Both the position numbers and the translations under genes were made by a program. DNA of 21,250 bases, taken from positions 1 to 21,250 of the forward strand of contig JBGGMM010000099.1 in assembly GCA_041288045.1 (NCBI GenBank), given 5' to 3'. Each line of letters opens with the position of its first letter. Positions within the stretch are counted from its first letter, which is position 1. The stretch comes from Pseudobdellovibrionaceae bacterium. GTDB lineage: Bacteria > Bdellovibrionota > Bdellovibrionia > Bdellovibrionales > Bdellovibrionaceae. The notes under the pieces were generated by a model. That model saw only the letters and a list, made by a program, of their open reading frames with translations, made no database searches and was not told the DNA's origin. Of this stretch, positions 15,906 through 21,250 are shown piece after piece.

Positions 15906-17234
15906 TTAAAAAAACAGATCAGCCGATAAAGCGATCGTCGTGCCCGTTTGTCCACCCACATAGTAACCAAAAAGACTGTTCACTGGGCTGTGGTGCACAT
16001 CGAAAATCATGGCGTTCAATTTAAAATCGCGAGTGTCAAAGGGGTAATGGTTCGCACCTAGCATCCACTCCCAGGAGTTGTTAAATTCACCGCGGATGTA
16101 GGAATGTGCGGCGATCAATTCTGTTTTCTTTGGCTTGAGCATATAAGACGTTTGCAGGCTCATTCCCTGATCCCGAATCACAGAGATCGGAACATCGCCG
16201 CCGACAGTTTCAAAATGGCTCAGTTCGCGAAAGAAAAATTCAGAATTGAAGAAAAAACCTTTGTACTTCATTCCGCCATCGAGAGCTAAAATATCGTAGG
16301 TCGCTTTTTGAACTGTCACGCCTGGCGCTAAGGCGTCAGCTTCAAAAAGGTTCAAGCTGTCTGAAAGTTTCAGCTGGGTATTTTCTGGAACTCGATCCGT
16401 GAGGGCCGAGTATCGATCTTCGCGGCTGTGAGCGCTGGAAAAACCAAAACGAGTGGCCAGCTGCTGATGGTCTTCATAGTCCCCATATCCACCGCGAGGG
16501 CCGAACTCTCCGGTCGAGGGCATCCACCAGGCCGTCGCCCCATAGGCCATCTCTCGGTCGTTTTGTTTGGCATCGATGCCGATTTGACTGAGATTATCTC
16601 CAACCATCACTCGGTATTTGGAGTTGTCGGTGATATCACCACTGGCCCAAACTCCGGTGGTGAAACTGGGTTTGAAAAACTCATCGGCCATCTGACGGTC
16701 ATTTCCAAGAAAATAAGGATGTTGATTGTTCAGAGTCCGAACCCCGGGAAGCCCTGTGGTGCCGACACCGAGAATGAAGTATTTCGAAAAATCATAAGTG
16801 AAGGAGCCGACAATCGCCACTTGCGTGGTTGAGTTCACAGTCCAATACAAAATTTGATAGCGAAATTTCGGATCGAAAAACCAACCTTTGAAAAACATCA
16901 TGATCCGATGAATTTGAAAGTCGTGTCTGGCGTCCACAACCTGCTCGCGCCCCAAGTGATCTTGAAAGGTCTGCCCATCCGGCATTTGGTTCAGATAGCG
17001 AGCTAGAACGTAGGCGCTGAGACGGATTTCACCCATGGGATTTTTCCCCAGGAGCCATCCGCCACCTCCAGGTTCCAGCCGTCCCCAAGTCTCTGAACTG
17101 GATGGGTACTCTTCTTCAGCTGTTTTCTCGGTGTTGGGATTTTCCTGAGCCTGAAGCAGAAGAGGTGTAAATAAAAATAAGATAAGAAAAAGAATTCGAG
17201 CTCGACTGGTGGTGGTGTATCCTGGAGCTATCAT
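15906..17234 (-). CDS. Outer-membrane beta-barrel (porin-like) protein
   Basis: Signal peptide ending LQA-Q, aromatic-rich amphipathic strands and a C-terminal IALSADLFF ending in Phe. First gene of the operon with the amidohydrolase and glutaminase. Confidence 0.75.
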   Translation of the reverse strand: MIAPGYTTTSRARILFLILFLFTPLLLQAQENPNTEKTAEEEYPSSSETWGRLEPGGGGWLLGKNPMGEIRLSAYVLARYLNQMPDGQTFQDHLGREQVVDARHDFQIHRIMMFFKGWFFDPKFRYQILYWTVNSTTQVAIVGSFTYDFSKYFILGVGTTGLPGVRTLNNQHPYFLGNDRQMADEFFKPSFTTGVWASGDITDNSKYRVMVGDNLSQIGIDAKQNDREMAYGATAWWMPSTGEFGPRGGYGDYEDHQQLATRFGFSSAHSREDRYSALTDRVPENTQLKLSDSLNLFEADALAPGVTVQKATYDILALDGGMKYKGFFFNSEFFFRELSHFETVGGDVPISVIRDQGMSLQTSYMLKPKKTELIAAHSYIRGEFNNSWEWMLGANHYPFDTRDFKLNAMIFDVHHSPVNSLFGYYVGGQTGTTIALSADLFF

Positions 17235-17399
17235 ATGAAATCGGTAGCATCGGATTCTTCGCTCGGTCCACGCATGACCTCAGTGCGCCTGGCAAAAAGC
17301 AGGCAATTCAGAGGCTTTCCTCAATTTTGAGTGAAGAAAGCCGACTCGAGTTTCATCTATCTTTCAAATGGCAACCAAATTTGTCGCTGAAAAAATCGG

Positions 17400-18791
17400 C
17401 TAATGAAAAGTCACAAGATGAATGACGTGATCCGTATCTGGCGAAATCGTCGTCGAGGCGCCATAAGTGCCCGTGGAGGACACCACTCGTTCAATAATAG
17501 AGGTGCTATTGACCCATCCTTCAATTCGAACCAGCTTATAATTAGTTGCTACAGTGTCTGTCGTTGCACCCCCATTTTTCGTCAAGATAAATCCTAAGAG
17601 CAATTCATTCGGATAGGTCGTCGTGACATTCGGAGCAGTCGGACTCCCCGAAAAATTTCCATTGCTTGAAATCTGATCCAGCGGAGTGACTGGATCGAGC
17701 CCAGCGTATTCTAATACTGACAGGGTGACATTTTTAGAACCGCTTAAACTCACAGTCACAACATTTTGGCCAGCCGTGGCCGCTGCAATATTCTTTGCAT
17801 AATAAATATACTGTGTTGCAGAGGACCCATAACGAATCGGTCCGCTCGCTAAAGTGTAGGTATTGCCCTTGGTATCCGAAATTGAGGAAACTGTTCCCGT
17901 ATGATCATCCCATCCGACTCTGACTACAATCAAATTGCCTGCTGTCTGGGCGCTTGTAAAAGCAGTGTTAATCGAAGTCGTGCCAGCCCAATAAAAGCCA
18001 TTGGATTGGATATTTCGAATCGTGTTTTGAGCGATGGCTCCCAAGTTCTTTTTGAAAGCCACAAGCTGAACGATGTAATCCAAAGCAGAGTCCTGAGTCC
18101 CTGTTGAATTGTAGGTACCCGTGGATGAGACAACCCGGTGCTGAGTGTAGTTTCCATTGAAATTCATGGCGCTTTTATAATTTGTTCCGTTAGTCGTAAA
18201 AGTTCCACCCTCATAGCCAGCGGCAAAAAGCAAAGCACAGGCCTGAGTGGTTGTCAGATTCGCCGAAGTTATTGAGGTTGTTGACCCTGTCCCTACAGCG
18301 GTCACATTCAGTGGACTGGATGTATCCAATCCTTGGTACTCATGCACATAAATACTAATTCCACTTGGAGATGATGAAAGGTTCACCGTCACTGCATTGG
18401 TAGAGGAGGCGACAATATTCTTGGCGTAGTAGATATACTGAGTGCTAAACGACCCACGGGTTGGTCCAACGGCTAACGAATAAGAATTTCCGGCAGTGTC
18501 CCCGATCGAAGATACAGTTCCAGTATTTCCATACCAGGAAATCACAACCACATTTAAATTTCCGGCTGTTTGGGGTGAATAAAATCTCCCGGTGATAGCG
18601 CTATACCCATCAAGTGTCATCACTGACTTCTGAACCAACCCCGGATTGGCAGTATCACAGGTGGACGCTCGTCTTTTCATCATCAACGAATTAAAAAAAG
18701 CTTGAGACTGAGTGGAATTCGGCGGGAACGGCAGCAACACCATAAAGGCAACGAAAAGCCTAAGAAGGAATTTTTGATATTGACGTCCCAT
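17400..18791 (-). CDS. Secreted Ser/Thr-rich protein with two tandem ~200-aa beta-rich domains
   Basis: Signal-like N-terminus. Internal duplication: QTAGNL, TGTVSSIxDTxGNxYxLAxGP, TQYIYYAKNI, EYxGLD and RVVSSTGTY each occur twice. Confidence 0.85.
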   Translation of the reverse strand: MGRQYQKFLLRLFVAFMVLLPFPPNSTQSQAFFNSLMMKRRASTCDTANPGLVQKSVMTLDGYSAITGRFYSPQTAGNLNVVVISWYGNTGTVSSIGDTAGNSYSLAVGPTRGSFSTQYIYYAKNIVASSTNAVTVNLSSSPSGISIYVHEYQGLDTSSPLNVTAVGTGSTTSITSANLTTTQACALLFAAGYEGGTFTTNGTNYKSAMNFNGNYTQHRVVSSTGTYNSTGTQDSALDYIVQLVAFKKNLGAIAQNTIRNIQSNGFYWAGTTSINTAFTSAQTAGNLIVVRVGWDDHTGTVSSISDTKGNTYTLASGPIRYGSSATQYIYYAKNIAAATAGQNVVTVSLSGSKNVTLSVLEYAGLDPVTPLDQISSNGNFSGSPTAPNVTTTYPNELLLGFILTKNGGATTDTVATNYKLVRIEGWVNSTSIIERVVSSTGTYGASTTISPDTDHVIHLVTFH

Positions 18792-18878
18792 AGCTCTGAT
18801 TTTCTCTTATTTTTCAAACAAATGAAACCACAGACTCTCCCGACCAATTTGATATCGTCTCAAACGAATACAATCCCT

Positions 18879-18917
18879 AAATAAAAATGCCAGAAGCGAG
18901 GGGCGCTTCTGGCATTT
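18879..18917 (-). terminator. Rho-independent terminator of the 18959-21136 gene
   Basis: 14-bp inverted repeat AAATGCCAGAAGCG (18885-18898) / CGCTTCTGGCATTT (18904-18917), 5-nt loop, ending in TTTTTATT on the minus strand. Confidence 0.88.
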
Positions 18918-18958
18918 CGTCCTATTGGTGATGCCTGATAGGACCTAAGGACTAAAGA

Positions 18959-21136
18959 TCAATTTGGGACAAAAACAACATCTCGAAAGTAATTGGAGTT
19001 CTGCCAAGACGAGGTCGGCTTTTTTCCGACAGGTCCGTACACTCCGTTACTTCCAACGACACTTCTTAAATTCGTCGATGATCTCTGTGAAGCCAGACCA
19101 TTCACTGTGATCACATAGTAGGTATTGCCTGTGTTCACAGAAACTGTGTACTCGGTGTTGGCCGCAATGCTCAGCGGAGTACTGAGTTTTGCTTCTTGCC
19201 AGCCACTGCCAGACTCTGAGCTAAACACCACCGAGGCCAGAACAGCTCCGGATGAAGAGTAGATCTTACCCGTGTGCGATCCCGATTCAGAAGCGGATTT
19301 GTAGAATCGGATGGCTGTGATTTTTCCTGCTGCAGTTGATGTGAATCGCATTCCCAATTCATAATGCACATTCGCTCCATCCGAATTGCTCAAACTCGCA
19401 GGCACCAAAGAGGCCATCAGAGATTGGATCGCAGGTACAGGTGCCGGAGCAGGCGCCGTGGAAGACTCGAGATAATGACACTCTTTCAATACACCATAAA
19501 TCGGATCTCGACCGAAAGCCGAATTCGTGCAGGCAATCTGAGTGGTCACGGATTTTGTCACGTACTGACCTTGAGCTCCGTAGCGGACTTGTTTGGTTCC
19601 AGAAACTCGACAAGTTTGACCTTCAACCGCACATTTGATCCAAGTTCCTGTCGGCGATGGAGAAGGGGTTGGCTCTGGTGGAGGCTGCACAACGGGAGCT
19701 GCAGGAGTGGTTGCGCACAACTCATTCGAAGCTGCTGATTGCGAAGAAGCATCATAAGCTTTGACCTGGTAGCAATAGGTGCTGCTGGCAGAGACTGCGC
19801 TGTCGGCGTACGAGAGAGCTGTGGTCGTAGCCACTTGAGATAAACTTCCAGAAGCTCCAAGCTTACGATTCACGATAAAACCAGATTGTCCGCTTCCAGA
19901 ATAATCCCACTGAACAGAAATTTTGTTGTAAGCCACAGACACCAAGCGAAGATTTGTCGGAGCGGCCAGAGAAGCTGCTGGTGGAGGGGGCGGCGGAGGC
20001 TGAACGATGGCGCCACCAAAATAATTTGAGCCCATGTTCTTACCATCAAGACCTGCATTCACCCCGATCGACGATGAAGTCAGAGCCCAGCCAGCCATCG
20101 TTGTGGGACTTGTGCCTCCGACAAAAGTGGGATTGCCGATCAAGTTGCTGCTTCCAGCTTGAGAGGAGCTCGTGTCGAACATATTATGACTGATATTGCA
20201 ATTGGTGCAGTTCAAAGACACACGAGATCTCTTAAAAAAGAGATTGTCCTGCATCACCCCATTAGATGAATAAACGGGGCTTTCTGATTTTTTATCCAAA
20301 GTCACGGCCATACCAATCACAGTGTTGTGAATGAAAACGGCGTTGATTTGACTCCCCAATTGGATTTCACCAGAGCTCGTGTCATTTCCAACAAACACAT
20401 TGTCTCGAATAGTGACATTGGCACCACCATCTGGAGCCATGATGCAATCCGAGTTTCGGCGAAAATAATTGCCAATGATGGTGTGATGATCGACTTCGCC
20501 ATAAAGTTGAATCGAATCCACGTGGCGTGAACCAGTGTAAACCAGATCTTCAAAGACATTGCCAGGACCGACCTGTCCGCCGTAACCGCCCATTTGAATG
20601 CCGTCAGAATCCCCGCGGCCACCAAAGTGATTGTTTGAGACAATGACTCCGCCAGCATCATAGAGCTGAAGCCGACCTTCATAATCATTGGGACCCACAG
20701 TGATGCCATCAAAAGTGTTGCCATCAATGAGAATATTCGCAGGAGTGGAACTGCTGCCGCTCCCTTGAACCATGGCCTGTCCAGTGAAGGTGTTGTTCAG
20801 AATGGAAATGTTTTTATTGCCGCCACTCCACATATTCAATCGCTGAATCGTGAGGCTCTGAAATTTCAAGCGGCTTGAGCTCTGCAGGGTCAAAGAAAGC
20901 ATGGCTGTTCGTCCGCTGACGGACTGAAGAATCACATCACTGGATTTGTTCACGCTTGAAAGACTGACAGCGCCGTAGCTGCCCGCATTGAGACAAATCG
21001 TCGAGCCGGCCACAGCGTTGGCAACTGCCGAAGCCACATTGGCCCCCGGACTGAGCGTTTGATCACAGGCCGCCTGGGCTTTCGCTGTTCCCAGCAAAAA
21101 AAAAAAGAAAAAAGTTGCAAATGACGTTCGAAACAT
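18959..21136 (-). CDS. Secreted multidomain protein: right-handed beta-helix, FN3, 4-Cys lectin-like module and DUF4082-like domain
   Basis: Signal peptide ending AQA-A. Asn-ladder repeats (ILIDGNTF, VIVSNNHF, TIIGNYF, VTIRDNVF). FN3 (APTNL...VQW...YCYQVKAY...SN). Module WIKCAVEGQTC...CTNSAFGRDPIYGVLKEC. C-terminal YELGMRF...ITAIRFYK...SGWQ...NYFRDVVF. Pro-rich linkers. GGGGG RBS. Confidence 0.88.
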   Translation of the reverse strand: MFRTSFATFFFFFLLGTAKAQAACDQTLSPGANVASAVANAVAGSTICLNAGSYGAVSLSSVNKSSDVILQSVSGRTAMLSLTLQSSSRLKFQSLTIQRLNMWSGGNKNISILNNTFTGQAMVQGSGSSSTPANILIDGNTFDGITVGPNDYEGRLQLYDAGGVIVSNNHFGGRGDSDGIQMGGYGGQVGPGNVFEDLVYTGSRHVDSIQLYGEVDHHTIIGNYFRRNSDCIMAPDGGANVTIRDNVFVGNDTSSGEIQLGSQINAVFIHNTVIGMAVTLDKKSESPVYSSNGVMQDNLFFKRSRVSLNCTNCNISHNMFDTSSSQAGSSNLIGNPTFVGGTSPTTMAGWALTSSSIGVNAGLDGKNMGSNYFGGAIVQPPPPPPPAASLAAPTNLRLVSVAYNKISVQWDYSGSGQSGFIVNRKLGASGSLSQVATTTALSYADSAVSASSTYCYQVKAYDASSQSAASNELCATTPAAPVVQPPPEPTPSPSPTGTWIKCAVEGQTCRVSGTKQVRYGAQGQYVTKSVTTQIACTNSAFGRDPIYGVLKECHYLESSTAPAPAPVPAIQSLMASLVPASLSNSDGANVHYELGMRFTSTAAGKITAIRFYKSASESGSHTGKIYSSSGAVLASVVFSSESGSGWQEAKLSTPLSIAANTEYTVSVNTGNTYYVITVNGLASQRSSTNLRSVVGSNGVYGPVGKKPTSSWQNSNYFRDVVFVPN
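21096..21113. repeat. Homopolymer tract A11-G-A6 (poly-T on the coding strand) within the signal-peptide codons
   Basis: Read directly from the sequence; encodes the FFFFFL run. Confidence 0.8.
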
Positions 21137-21250
21137 GGTTTCCCCCTATAAATTCAGGTGCTGTTGAGAGAAAACGGACCGCTGACCTGTTATTTTTAAA
21201 ATAGATTCAAATTTAAAAAACGATTTACATCCTGAAACTAAGTGTATTTC

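Noticed and set aside
14768..16024. Plus-strand ORFs of 157 aa and 256 aa
   Set aside because: Antisense to the amidohydrolase gene, with no protein-like features.
18846..18862. CGTCTCA upstream of the 17400-18791 gene as a further motif copy
   Set aside because: Only one half-site matches, with no partner at 33 bp and no -24/-12 element.
1..21250. CRISPR arrays, tRNA/rRNA genes, IS elements, integrases, prophage or defence genes
   Set aside because: None recognised by eye. Coding density is high and intergenic gaps are short, with no regularly spaced direct repeats. A covariance-model search was not possible.

Overview
Bacterial chromosomal segment. Gene content and protein style suggest a Bdellovibrionota-like organism (inference only). 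The left and central part (1-12130) is a microaerobic/heme module: a biliverdin-type heme oxygenase, two small exported proteins, an SDR lacking its catalytic YxxxK motif, a divergent pair made of a cytoplasmic Aer/NifL-type PAS histidine kinase and an NtrC-family sigma54 response regulator, and a tightly coupled cbb3 oxidase operon ccoI-S-NO(fused)-Q-P-G. ccoQ is absent from the supplied ORF track. The main unannotated signal is a 17-bp pseudo-palindrome, TGAGACA-N3-TGTCTCA. It occurs as a tandem pair with identical 33-bp spacing upstream of both the cco operon and the exported-protein operon, each pair about 40 bp upstream of a sigma54 -24/-12-like element, and once more between the kinase and regulator genes. 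This suggests a sigma54/two-component regulon for the cbb3 oxidase that does not rely on FNR. The right part holds an orphan membrane histidine kinase, an operon encoding an outer-membrane barrel, an exported amidohydrolase and an exported glutaminase, and two secreted beta-rich surface or glycan-interacting proteins. No rRNA, tRNA, CRISPR array or mobile element was recognised.
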